In this document: positions 1 to 8,588 of the stretch, in pieces
Layout: each line of letters begins with the position of its first letter
Numbering within the stretch: position 1 is the stretch's first letter
Virus record (IMG/VR): IMGVR_UViG_3300044621_001273
Span: 1-60,015 of that record
DNA length: 60,015 bases
Strand: one strand, 5' to 3'
From: a virus
Lineage: Duplodnaviria > Caudoviricetes
Translations under genes and position numbers: made by a program
Notes under the pieces: generated by a model
What the model saw: only the letters and a program-made list of their open reading frames with translations
What the model was told of the DNA's origin: nothing
Database searches by the model: none

Positions 1-147
1 CAATGTGAACGTGCTCTGCAACGCCTTCTGGCAGCGTTGTAGGCTCTACAGACAACGGGAAGCTGTTGTTAGCCAGCAGCACCTCGGTGATTTGTCCGTA
101 TGCTGCCAGAGTCTTTACCTTCGTAATCTTCAGGAAGACACGGCTCT
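1..147. repeat. Terminal overlap with 59869-60015 (circular assembly join)
   Basis: Bases 1-147 match 59869-60015 except at position 32 (C/T) and position 131 (C/G); the overlap lies inside the portal CDS. Confidence 0.95.
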
Positions 148-376
148 TCTCTGCTTCAGTGAACTTGGTGTCAGGGCCATAGATGCCTCTGTAGTTGGTA
201 TAGGCACGCAACCAACGATCTTCATCAAAGCGACGAGCCGTCTTAGAACGCTGAAAGCGCTCTTCAATGTGACGGGCTAGCGTTGTAGGCTTGAATGTGT
301 CCTGAACAGCATCAGTGCTGTCAGGCAAGCCAATGGCTTTGTCGTCAGTGAAGGGTGTGTCGATGTTTTTTGCCAT
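1..376 (-). CDS. Portal protein, N-terminal part (continues at 59868 across the join)
   Basis: ATG at 376-374 gives MAKNIDTPFTDDK...RWLRAYTNYRGIYGPDTKFTEAEKSRVFLKITKVKTLAAYGQITEVLLANNSFP, in frame with the 58130..59950 ORF; joined protein about 704 aa. Confidence 0.9.
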   Translation of the reverse strand, partial: MAKNIDTPFTDDKAIGLPDSTDAVQDTFKPTTLARHIEERFQRSKTARRFDEDRWLRAYTNYRGIYGPDTKFTEAEKSRVFLKITKVKTLAAYGQITEVLLANNSFPLSVEPTTLPEGVAEHVHI

Positions 377-382
377 AGTGTC

Positions 383-2002
383 CTAGTATCCAAAAACTTT
401 CGATGCTGGAGCGAAGCCGCTCTGCCCCGATGTATTAGTGTCAAAGATGTTTTTACTCCTCGGTCTTGACATTACACCATATCTCAATGCGTCATATCCG
501 TGATCAAAGTTGATGTTGGTGTCAATGTCCTCTGGATTCTTCTTATCTAGAGGTATTGTTGGTAGTTCAGCAATAGTTTTAACACAGTTGCTGAAAAAGA
601 CAATACGCGGACGCTCTGTGAAGGAATCTATCTGAAGACGTCTATGTATTTCGTTCTTACCAGACACTCTACTACCAGCACTTCTGTCAGAAGGACGCCA
701 ACGACACCCCTTCATTATCATTCTTTCAGCAATGGAAGGGCCTGTGTCGCCTCTTTTATGCCATGTAGAGCTGTCTAGAACACCATAACGTATCTTTTCA
801 CCGTCTTCAGCGTTCAACACCATCTCTGCCAAGTCTTCTGCAAGCACTTTAGTGACATATAACTCTCTATATACCACTAATGACTCATCTGGAGCTACAG
901 CAAACCACAAAACAGCAGACCAGCTTCCATATCCGTAGTCACAGGCTCTAAATCTAGGCCAATCATGAGGAATGTCATAGGAATCAACAACATGAACGCT
1001 TCTCTTAAACTCAGGAAACGCGGCACCTTCAGCAACATCCCAATCACCATCAAGAAGTTGACGACGTTGTTGCTCCGGAAGCGACAACAACATGGTTTCG
1101 TAGTCGCCTGAGGCAGCAAGATAGGGGTTGTCAGAGAGCCTTGAAGGGATGAAACGCCGCTTAAACAACGGCAGACCTTCTTTGCTGTGTCCTTTGGGGT
1201 AACGCAACACTTCACCAGTGTCAATGTCTGTTGCCCAGAAGGCTTGACCAGGTGGTGCAGGGTCAATGAACATCTTCTTAACCCACCCATGACCAGCATT
1301 GCCTGGGTTAGTCGTTGCTCTCATGTAAACAGGCAGGTCAGACGCTGCTGTTCTGAGGCGAGAACGCATATAGTTCCACGCAAAAGGCGTAGACCATTGG
1401 CTGAGTTCGTCAAAACCAACCCAAACGAAGCTCAAACCCTGATATCTAAGAACGTCTTCGTCTCTGTCGAGGTATGACATCCAAAGACGCCCGCCGCTAG
1501 GCGACACCCATTGCATCTTTCTCTCACTCCAAACAATACCTGGAATGATTTTTGGGTAGAGTTCTTGACTTTTCCAGATGAGTTCTCTCAACTCTTCCGT
1601 TGTATGACGCAACAGAAGCCCTGAAAACTGTGGATGAGAGATGTAACGAAGAGGATCTGCCAAGATGGCATAGCTCTTCCCACCACCTGCGGCTCCCCCA
1701 AACAACACTTCCCTCTCAGCAGCAGCTAGGAAGGCTGTCTGAGGGCCTGGATTGGGTGTGAAGACAACATTTTGTTCCTTTACTTCCTCAGGAACATCAA
1801 GTGTGTAAGAGCTTAGCTCCTTTGTCTTTGATGGAGACGTAATAATCTGAGGCGAAGAAATTGGTTTTTTCTTCTTTGCCGAGCCTGTCTTCGTACCTCT
1901 CGATGGCTTCGAGCGCTTCTTTGTATCTGCGGGCAAGGGATCGATAGTAGTTATGACGTTTTCCCCGTTCCTGTTCTCTACGTATGCGTTGTCGTAAACC
2001 AT
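383..2002 (-). CDS. terL: Terminase large subunit (true start uncertain)
   Basis: Walker A GGAAGGGKS, Walker B VGFDE, motif III RATTNPG, RNase H-like nuclease motifs ACDYGY and DHGYDALRY; directly upstream of the portal. Confidence 0.95.
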   Translation of the reverse strand: MVYDNAYVENRNGENVITTIDPLPADTKKRSKPSRGTKTGSAKKKKPISSPQIITSPSKTKELSSYTLDVPEEVKEQNVVFTPNPGPQTAFLAAAEREVLFGGAAGGGKSYAILADPLRYISHPQFSGLLLRHTTEELRELIWKSQELYPKIIPGIVWSERKMQWVSPSGGRLWMSYLDRDEDVLRYQGLSFVWVGFDELSQWSTPFAWNYMRSRLRTAASDLPVYMRATTNPGNAGHGWVKKMFIDPAPPGQAFWATDIDTGEVLRYPKGHSKEGLPLFKRRFIPSRLSDNPYLAASGDYETMLLSLPEQQRRQLLDGDWDVAEGAAFPEFKRSVHVVDSYDIPHDWPRFRACDYGYGSWSAVLWFAVAPDESLVVYRELYVTKVLAEDLAEMVLNAEDGEKIRYGVLDSSTWHKRGDTGPSIAERMIMKGCRWRPSDRSAGSRVSGKNEIHRRLQIDSFTERPRIVFFSNCVKTIAELPTIPLDKKNPEDIDTNINFDHGYDALRYGVMSRPRSKNIFDTNTSGQSGFAPASKVFGY

Positions 2003-2264
2003 CTTCGCTAATGCTTCTTCCTGTTTCTTTTGACAGCCATGCTGCTACTTGTTTGTACGAATATTGTTTTACGTATTTCTTTGCAAGCTCAAGAGCATCA
2101 AGTTCTTTAGGGATAGGTTGGAGTAGATTGTCATCAACATCATCCACTCTATAACCAAAAGGTATAACGCGAACATTAGCCAACTTTGGTATTGCAACAT
2201 ACCTACTCTTTTCTATCGGTTGAGGAAGAATCCAAGCGCCTAAGTCACGCTCATTTGATGTCAC
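1797..2264 (-). CDS. Putative DNA-binding HTH protein (recombinase-domain-like)
   Basis: IPFGY motif followed by the helix-turn-helix-like segment SYKQVAAWLSKETGRSISEDGLRQRI; lies between terS and terL. Confidence 0.55.
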   Translation of the reverse strand: MTSNERDLGAWILPQPIEKSRYVAIPKLANVRVIPFGYRVDDVDDNLLQPIPKELDALELAKKYVKQYSYKQVAAWLSKETGRSISEDGLRQRIRREQERGKRHNYYRSLARRYKEALEAIERYEDRLGKEEKTNFFASDYYVSIKDKGAKLLHT

Positions 2265-2273
2265 AGCAAATGC

Positions 2274-2639
2274 TTATCCATTATCCTTCGGAGGCAACAC
2301 CATCACACCAGAGGGCGCTGTCACCTCAACCTTCTCTGTCTTCACAACACCAGCCCTATCAAGCATGTCTTGAGCAGCTTTGAGCTTCTCTCTCATGCCT
2401 AGCTGTGTAGGATCATCAATGCCGCCAATGACAGCCATGGCCGCCTTCGGTGCGTGCATAGCGATGTACATTTGCGTTGCTTCAATGACTTCCTCTTTCA
2501 ATCCAGACATCAATGTCTTCGTAGGATAGTTCTCGCTGTAACCAGCCAAGATTTTAGCCTTTGCAGGGTTGCCGCCAGCTTCGGTGAACAACACCTCAAT
2601 AAACTTGCGTTGCTGTTCTGTTAGCTCTCTTTTGCTCAT
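2274..2639 (-). CDS. terS: Terminase small subunit
   Basis: LTEQQRKFIE...AKILAGYS HTH-type N-terminus, AAQDMLDRAG motif; position upstream of terL. Confidence 0.75.
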   Translation of the reverse strand: MSKRELTEQQRKFIEVLFTEAGGNPAKAKILAGYSENYPTKTLMSGLKEEVIEATQMYIAMHAPKAAMAVIGGIDDPTQLGMREKLKAAQDMLDRAGVVKTEKVEVTAPSGVMVLPPKDNG

Positions 2640-2842
2640 ATGCTGTTTTTGTCCTCTTCACATTTGAAACCAACTTGAGTGTATACGCCTTTAGCAGCTA
2701 AATACTCATACAATTGTTTAGCATCAACAGCCGTTGCTTCCAAACATTGCTCCATTGTTGGATAGGTTTTGTTATCGGTTAGTTTCATCAACTCACACTT
2801 ATCTGTACCTAAAACACAAACAAGAAACAATGATGTAAACAT
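2636..2842 (-). CDS. Small hypothetical protein (hydrophobic N-terminus, 4 Cys)
   Basis: ORF closely packed in the late operon; start taken at MFTSLFLVC. Confidence 0.6.
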   Translation of the reverse strand: MFTSLFLVCVLGTDKCELMKLTDNKTYPTMEQCLEATAVDAKQLYEYLAAKGVYTQVGFKCEEDKNSI

Positions 2843-2843
2843 T

Positions 2844-3182
2844 CTACAACCTTTCTGCGAAGTATTCGCGTACTCTAACACTCACTGTTACTATGTCAGT
2901 GATGGAGGCAGACCCAGTGATCTTGTCGTTCTTGTCCAAGTACAACGAATTGGTTAGCTGCAAAAGGCTGTTTGGCTTCAACTCAACATCGTTAGCAATG
3001 GCATATGATGTTGTCGTTGTTGCCTGATACCAATTCAAATCAAATTTGACAACACTGTTGCTGGTGTTGACAATGACAATGCTTTCAACATCAGCTTTGA
3101 AGGCAGCAGGGACGGTGTAGACATCAGCACTGCTGCCTGTCAACACCTTGCCTACACTTCTATTCTTGTTTCCATTGGTCAT
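2844..3182 (-). CDS. Putative virion structural protein (beta-rich)
   Basis: VYTVPA...IVIVN beta-sandwich-like pattern; coupled to the upstream gene. Confidence 0.55.
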   Translation of the reverse strand: MTNGNKNRSVGKVLTGSSADVYTVPAAFKADVESIVIVNTSNSVVKFDLNWYQATTTTSYAIANDVELKPNSLLQLTNSLYLDKNDKITGSASITDIVTVSVRVREYFAERL

Positions 3183-4414
3183 GTCAAGTCCCAGAATGAG
3201 AATGTTGCTATTGCTGATTGATTGCCGCTAAGGGTGCGTGCAGCAATGGTGTAGATGTCGCTGACACCCGCCAACGTCCTACCTAGTTGCATATCAAAAT
3301 TGTAGGCTTCGTTGTTGCTAACAGCAGCAGACACCTGGTTAGACTCTTGTGTGTAGAGGCTGTCAACAACAGTGCCACCACTGATGGCTGTAGCAGACAC
3401 ATCAAATTCAACGTTGTCAGACGTCGTCTGAGTCCAACTTGCTCCTGTCAGCGTAGCGTTCTTCACAAGCTGTATTTCAAACGTTGTAGACGATGACGCA
3501 ATAGGCAACACTCTGTAGCCGTCTGGAATGACAACAGCATCGAGCCTGTTAGGATCAAGACGCAACGACACCAAAGGCACCAATGTTGTCCCTACCGAGT
3601 GTGTTGTTGTCATCCTGGCTGTCTGTAAAATTGTCTTACGCTCATATCCACCTTCACTGATGACGGTGGAGCAAATCTGCTTCATTGTCTTGCTGCCAGC
3701 TAAAGCGCCTGTGTTAGTGATTTCATATCGAATAGGCAACACAGCCGTTGTCATGTAGACAAGTGCAAGATTGTTAGCGTTGTTGAACGTGTGGCAAACA
3801 ATGAATACACCGTTGATAACAAAGCCAGTGCGTACGCTACCAACACCGAGCCACTCAAAATCTTGCCAGAATATCTGCGACTTTGTAACGTCAATGGTGA
3901 GCCCTGAAGGGCCTGTGCCATCGAGCTTGTCGCCGTTCCAACTTGCCTGTGCTACAGCGTTATTGACAACACTACCACTGGTGTAGGTGCGTCTAACAAT
4001 GTTCAATGTGGTGCCGCTGCGTTCAAAATAGACACCGTTCTGTGTGCTGAAATAGCCAACACGACAACGCATGTTAGCTTCTGCTGTAGGCATGACAAAG
4101 GTGTTCATCACCAGCAAAGACTTACCAGGCTGATATGAAAACACCCTCTTTGTTTCTCTAACTACTTCATCTCCACTGGCACTGGTGACATTAAGGAGAA
4201 CAGTAGATTCATTAGCAGAATAAGTGACAGTAGCGCTACCAGATACAGACTCATCAAAGTCATCACTCTTTGCATATCTGTTTTGGCTGTCAAAAAGCGT
4301 GAACGGAGCACTAACCCGAGCGCGACCAAAAGCATCAGCGCTAGTACCGCCGATACGAACAATGTTTCCATAGTCGTCTAAGCGTACTAGCGCTGGGAAG
4401 CTGGTAATGCTCAT
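3179..4414 (-). CDS. Putative virion structural or receptor-binding protein
   Basis: 411 aa, beta-rich, DAFGRARVS...LFDS and YQPGKS motifs familiar from aquatic phage structural proteins. Confidence 0.55.
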   Translation of the reverse strand: MSITSFPALVRLDDYGNIVRIGGTSADAFGRARVSAPFTLFDSQNRYAKSDDFDESVSGSATVTYSANESTVLLNVTSASGDEVVRETKRVFSYQPGKSLLVMNTFVMPTAEANMRCRVGYFSTQNGVYFERSGTTLNIVRRTYTSGSVVNNAVAQASWNGDKLDGTGPSGLTIDVTKSQIFWQDFEWLGVGSVRTGFVINGVFIVCHTFNNANNLALVYMTTAVLPIRYEITNTGALAGSKTMKQICSTVISEGGYERKTILQTARMTTTHSVGTTLVPLVSLRLDPNRLDAVVIPDGYRVLPIASSSTTFEIQLVKNATLTGASWTQTTSDNVEFDVSATAISGGTVVDSLYTQESNQVSAAVSNNEAYNFDMQLGRTLAGVSDIYTIAARTLSGNQSAIATFSFWDLT

Positions 4415-4926
4415 TACTTCTTGATGCGACGAGCTTCAGACAACCCAATGGCAACGGCTTGCTTGGGATTCTTCACAGCCTTGCCTGTACCGCCGCTACG
4501 AAGCGTCCCTGCTTTGTATTCACCCATCACCTTAGACATCTTCTTCTGAACAGCACCACCCTTAGCCATCTCAGGGCTAGGCATGATTTCGTCATAGCGC
4601 TCACCCATCTTACGCAACATCTCTTCTTCCTTCATCTTACGGCGAAACTCAGCAGCCGCCTTAGGACTAACTTCGCCTTCAGGGTTTTTCTTTTTAGCAG
4701 GCGATTTTTTTTCCGCTGTCTTTTTTGGGCGGTCATATTCTTTAGCACCAATAGTGAATGTCTTGTCACCGCGTGTGCCCTGACCACCCTTAGTCACTGT
4801 GCTTTCAAAAGTAGGAGTGTCTTGGACATATCTGTTAGCACCTTCCATAGGCTTTTTACTAGCACCACTGGAATATTTACCAACAGGCTTACCTTCTTTA
4901 TCAAGACGTCTATAGTTAGCCATCAC
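4414..4926 (-). CDS. Basic hypothetical protein with MAKGG motif
   Basis: K/R-rich; C-terminal KVMGEYKAGTLRSG...NPKQAVAIGLSEA. Confidence 0.7.
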   Translation of the reverse strand: MMANYRRLDKEGKPVGKYSSGASKKPMEGANRYVQDTPTFESTVTKGGQGTRGDKTFTIGAKEYDRPKKTAEKKSPAKKKNPEGEVSPKAAAEFRRKMKEEEMLRKMGERYDEIMPSPEMAKGGAVQKKMSKVMGEYKAGTLRSGGTGKAVKNPKQAVAIGLSEARRIKK

Positions 4927-5093
4927 TTCTTTCCCTTCTTAGGCACACCAACAGCCACCATAATGGCTAAGGCTTGCTTACCGCCTCGTTGAGGCTTTTT
5001 AGCCTTGCTAGACGTCATCATGCACTTCCCTGCTTTCTTGCAAGCAGCAGGGCTGGGACAATCTTCACAAGGCATAAACTTCTTTGCAGGCAT
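4923..5093 (-). CDS. Small basic Cys-containing protein (56 aa, not in the ORF track)
   Basis: MPAKKFMPCEDCPSPAACKKAGKCMM...KKGKK; overlaps both neighbours at their start/stop codons. Confidence 0.65.
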   Translation of the reverse strand: MPAKKFMPCEDCPSPAACKKAGKCMMTSSKAKKPQRGGKQALAIMVAVGVPKKGKK

Positions 5094-5773
5094 TATTTCT
5101 TCCTTTTGGCAGCGTAGCCGCCCTTAGCAAATTCAATGTCTTCTTCGTCTCTGGTGCGAGAGCGAGGAGAAGGCTTCTTCTTAGAAGCCCTCATCATACT
5201 CTCTTTCTTGGCTTCTTCCATAGCACGGGAACGTCCTGCTCTGGTTTCTGCCATCTTCTTGCGAGCAGCAGCACCTCTGACAGCAGCTTCAGCAGCTTCA
5301 CGTTCTTGAGCAGCAGTGAATTTACGTCCTGTTTCCTTAGACACCTCAGCCGCTCTCGGCTTAGAGAAAGCAGCAGCAGCGTCGTCTAAGCGGGTAGTGA
5401 CGGGTCTACCTACTCTAGGCTCTGTACGCGCTGCTGTTGCAGCAGCTTTGCCGCCCCTAACAGCACTCATCACAGGACCAGCAGCTAACATAGAAGCAGC
5501 CCCTAAAGCGCCTAATGTACGCTCCTTAGCCTTTTCTCTTTCAGCTTCATTGCTAGGAACAGACATGCCACGCTCTGAACGAGACTTCATACGCTGAAGC
5601 ATTGCATCAGAATCTGTGTCTTCCTTTGCTGTACGACGAGGGCCAGCAGAGGCTTTAGGAGCCCTTGTAGCAGCCTCTTCCTTCAACTCAGTGGTGTATT
5701 TATTACCTTGCCATGTAAACGTCTTCTTGCCAGCGTTTCTGGCTTCTCTAAACGCTTCCTTGAACGTAGCCAT
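5093..5773 (-). CDS. Basic hypothetical protein with C-terminal FAKGG motif
   Basis: N-terminal TFKEAFREARNAGKKTFTWQGNKYTTEL module; AAGGAAG upstream of the start. Confidence 0.75.
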   Translation of the reverse strand: MATFKEAFREARNAGKKTFTWQGNKYTTELKEEAATRAPKASAGPRRTAKEDTDSDAMLQRMKSRSERGMSVPSNEAEREKAKERTLGALGAASMLAAGPVMSAVRGGKAAATAARTEPRVGRPVTTRLDDAAAAFSKPRAAEVSKETGRKFTAAQEREAAEAAVRGAAARKKMAETRAGRSRAMEEAKKESMMRASKKKPSPRSRTRDEEDIEFAKGGYAAKRKK

Positions 5774-5837
5774 TTCACTTCTTCCTTTGTTGTTGAGGAC
5801 GCGGACCTTAGGTCCGCTGATGTAACACCTTTGGTGT

Positions 5838-5999
5838 TTATTTCTTAGCCTTTTGCTGAGGCTTCATTGAAGCACCGCAATTCGCCACCCGAGGGGCGGC
5901 GGGTGTAACACCACCCTTAGCCATCATAGCCATAGGCTTCTTAGGCTGCATAGGCGTTGCCATACCGCCGTATGCCATCTTCTTTGTACCACACTTCAT
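5838..5999 (-). CDS. Small basic protein (53 aa) with MAYGG and MAKGG motifs
   Basis: Start re-assigned to MKCGTKK, preceded by the SD AGGAG. Confidence 0.65.
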   Translation of the reverse strand: MKCGTKKMAYGGMATPMQPKKPMAMMAKGGVTPAAPRVANCGASMKPQQKAKK

Positions 6000-6000
6000 A

Positions 6001-6384
6001 TCAACTCCTATATTTAGCCGTCTTCTCAGCCACCTTCTTAGGCTGAGCAACAAATTGTTTTCCCTGCTTAGCTCCCGCAGCTTTAGCCTTATTAGTTGCT
6101 GCCTTCTCTGAAGCAGACAACGAAGACCAGGCAGCCTTAGGCAGATAACGACGCTTCCCTTCAGAAGGCTTCCCAGAAGATGTTGTCCATTCTTCCTTCG
6201 TCCATTTCGACATAGCCTTTTGAGCCTCTGTCTTTGGTCCTGTGTAGCTGCCACCTTTGTCTTTGTAGAGCTTGCCTGCTAGCTGTGCCTTCCTGGCTGA
6301 CCACTCACCAGCATCTCCACCTTTGCTACTGGCTTTAACATCAGCAACAACCTGCTTCCAGAGCTTTTCGTTAGTGCGTGCCAT
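6001..6384 (-). CDS. Conserved basic phage protein
   Basis: WSARKAQL...KWTKEEW...RYLPK motifs; TAATG coupling to the upstream gene. Confidence 0.75.
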   Translation of the reverse strand: MARTNEKLWKQVVADVKASSKGGDAGEWSARKAQLAGKLYKDKGGSYTGPKTEAQKAMSKWTKEEWTTSSGKPSEGKRRYLPKAAWSSLSASEKAATNKAKAAGAKQGKQFVAQPKKVAEKTAKYRS

Positions 6385-6662
6385 TACCACTTCACCTTAT
6401 CAGCCCAATAAGCAGCAGACAGCTTTCCTTTGGCTATGTTGCTGGCGTGTCTGGCTTTGAAGCTATCTCGACGCTTTCTATAGGCATCAGACTCGCCCTG
6501 CTTAGCTGGGCTACCAGAAACACCCTGCTGTCCAAACCTAATGGTCTTCACTGTGTCACCCTCTTTAGCAACAACAACGTGACTCTTCTTAGGATGGTCT
6601 GGGGTACGCTTAGGCTTGTTATAGCCGCTAACACCAGCCCTGACAAGCCTGCTGTCTTTCAT
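6384..6662 (-). CDS. Conserved basic phage protein
   Basis: GYNKPKRTP...IRFGQQG...SFKARH...SAAYWADKVKW. Confidence 0.75.
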   Translation of the reverse strand: MKDSRLVRAGVSGYNKPKRTPDHPKKSHVVVAKEGDTVKTIRFGQQGVSGSPAKQGESDAYRKRRDSFKARHASNIAKGKLSAAYWADKVKW

Positions 6663-6919
6663 TTCATTCCACCATTCTTATCTCTCTTAAAACTCCTGTT
6701 CTTAGCCTTATCCTGAACAGACAAGTTCTTAATTTTATTACTACCGCCCTTAGACAACGCCACCTTGTGAGCAACATCCTTACCAGCAACATCAACACCA
6801 GCAGTCTTTAGCTTAGCTCTGGCAGCGTTACGTTGGGCTCTGTCAGCAACAACAGAAGGCTTGCCGTCATAACGCTGTTGCTTGGCATAGTCTCTCTTAC
6901 CATTCGTCATGTACGGCAT
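6659..6919 (-). CDS. Small HNH-like endonuclease, possibly packaging-associated
   Basis: GKDVAHKVALSKGGSN...NL...NRS pattern. Confidence 0.6.
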   Translation of the reverse strand: MPYMTNGKRDYAKQQRYDGKPSVVADRAQRNAARAKLKTAGVDVAGKDVAHKVALSKGGSNKIKNLSVQDKAKNRSFKRDKNGGMK

Positions 6920-6920
6920 A

Positions 6921-7169
6921 TCAACACATCCCTTCTTGCTTCATTGCCTTCTGCACCACCCATAAAGGCAACACAACACCTTCTCTCTTCTCTATCAGAG
7001 CCCTGATGTAATAAACATCGGAATGAAAACCAACACTACCAACTCTTTCTTCCTTCTTAAACAACTCATCCATCACAACACTAAAAACAGAATAAGGTAA
7101 TTGATGAACTCTGTTTCCAAGCTCTGTTCTTGTTTTATATCTGCTCTTAAGAAATGTTGATGGTGTCAT
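6921..7169 (-). CDS. Hypothetical protein, first gene of the leftward late operon
   Basis: 82-aa ORF adjacent to the next gene; HSDVYYIR motif. Confidence 0.6.
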   Translation of the reverse strand: MTPSTFLKSRYKTRTELGNRVHQLPYSVFSVVMDELFKKEERVGSVGFHSDVYYIRALIEKREGVVLPLWVVQKAMKQEGMC

Positions 7170-7261
7170 TGTTTTTGTTGAAGGCTCTTAAGAGCCCTGA
7201 AGGGACAACACAGCTTCGCTGTTCATTGGCTCTATATAGACTATATAGATGTTGTTATCTC

Positions 7262-7386
7262 TGTTAGCGCTAATGTTGTTCTTAAGAAATAACAATGAAT
7301 ATTTTGTTAGCGTTAATGTTGTTTCTTAAGAAAAACAACAAATATTTATTGTTTTTCTATTAGCGCTGATGTTGTTTCTATATAGT
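7262..7386. repeat. Three AT-rich imperfect direct repeats (TTAGCG(C/T)T(A/G)ATGTTGTT...) with internal palindromes
   Basis: Copies near 7264, 7307 and 7360; TGTTGTTTCTTAAGAAAAACAACA is a near-palindrome. Confidence 0.7.
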
Positions 7387-7696
7387 GCTGTAAGGAGAAG
7401 ACATCAATGAAATAAATATTAGGGATCTGATGTTATGCTTACTATCTATATAGACGGTGTCTTAACAGTCGATTTTACATTATGAAATACTGTTTAGACA
7501 CAGCTTCGCCTACTATGCTCATTAGCATAGACCAGCTATTGTTGGTGTACGGTTCAGACTATTGAAGCTCACCACAGCCTCCCACGACACGTTCTAAACC
7601 TCAGCCCCTCGTTGATGCCTTTGTCGCTCACCCCTGGTAGGCATCTTTAATAACACAGCCACAGCCAGGTGTAGACGTCCCTGTGGCATAGGGTAG

Positions 7697-7726
7697 GTTG
7701 TAACATAGAAAAGATGGTGATGTCAA
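7697..7726 (-). promoter_or_regulatory. Sigma-70-like promoter for the leftward late operon
   Basis: TTGACA-N18-TACAAC with TG before the -10 box. Confidence 0.6.
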
Positions 7727-7769
7727 GCAGGGGTGATGTTTTTGTTGGTGATGGTGGTGAAGGCTGTGT

Positions 7770-7834
7770 AGCTACGTGTCGGTGTTGGTGTTGAAGGCTG
7801 TGTAGGTGGGACAGCTACGTGTCGGTGTTGGTGT
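7770..7834. repeat. 22-bp direct repeat AGCTACGTGTCGGTGTTGGTGT, 2 copies
   Basis: Copies at 7770-7791 and 7813-7834. Confidence 0.85.
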
Positions 7835-8020
7835 GTAAGGGGTGGTGAAGGGAACGTTATTTTTCCTGATCTGTGGGCGATGGCATATACGTAATACGCC
7901 TGGCACCCCCCTGGCCCACGCCGCCCCCACCTTCGACGGCTGGCATCGATCGGTTTTGCCTACGGCAAGGCAACAAATACAGGATCAGAATCGGTGATCT
8001 TCAACAGCAAACACCAATGA

Positions 8021-8033
8021 AATCAACAACTTA
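8021..8033 (+). promoter_or_regulatory. IHF-binding consensus site
   Basis: AATCAACAACTTA matches WATCAANNNNTTR. Confidence 0.55.
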
Positions 8034-8135
8034 GCCTGATCAACTAGAACATTTCGAGATAGGCGGTTAAATGGGGTCAGATTGTATACAATTATACAAA
8101 TTCATCAGCATACTGACGATTTCAAGGGGCTGTGT

Positions 8136-8170
8136 ATGACATCGGATGACATCGGATGACATCGGATGAC
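8136..8170. repeat. Tandem repeat (ATCGGATGAC) x3.5
   Basis: Directly visible. Confidence 0.95.
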
Positions 8171-8188
8171 AATGCATTGCAACAAATA

Positions 8189-8307
8189 CGCCAGCACGCC
8201 AGCACGCGCCAGCACGCGCCAGCACGCGCCAGCACGCCAGCACGCGCCAGCACGCGCCAGCACGCGCCAGCACGCGCCAGCATGCGCACATGCGCCAGCA
8301 CGCGCAC
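8189..8307. repeat. Tandem array of CCAGCACG(CG) 8/10-mers
   Basis: About 11 copies, degenerating rightwards. Confidence 0.95.
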
Positions 8308-8309
8308 GA

Positions 8310-8325
8310 AGCAAACACCATGCCA
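8310..8325 (-). promoter_or_regulatory. Sigma-54-type -24/-12 box, leftward
   Basis: TGGCATGGTGTTTGCT (GG-N10-GC). Confidence 0.55.
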
Positions 8326-8480
8326 TGCTGCACTGCACAACAAAACCATTAGGGATTACCCGATGCCTCCAAAACGCGTCAAAAACGCCTGCAGGACGTT
8401 TTCACCCCCAAGCCATGCCTTACCCTTCGAAAATTTAGTTATCGCCACTGGCGCGTTTTCGCGGGTAAACCCTTAGAAGC

Positions 8481-8497
8481 TTGGCATGACGTTTGCT
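8481..8497 (+). promoter_or_regulatory. Sigma-54-type -24/-12 box, rightward
   Basis: TTGGCATGACGTTTGCT (GG-N10-GC). Confidence 0.55.
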
Positions 8498-8518
8498 TAG
8501 GCGTGCTCATTACAACAA

Positions 8519-8588
8519 GCATGCGCCAGCATGCGCATGTACGCGCACGCACACGCCAGCACGCGCCAGCACGCATACGCACACGCCC
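8519..8588. repeat. Second, degenerate CCAGCA(C/T)GCG array
   Basis: Same unit and orientation as 8189-8307. Confidence 0.8.
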
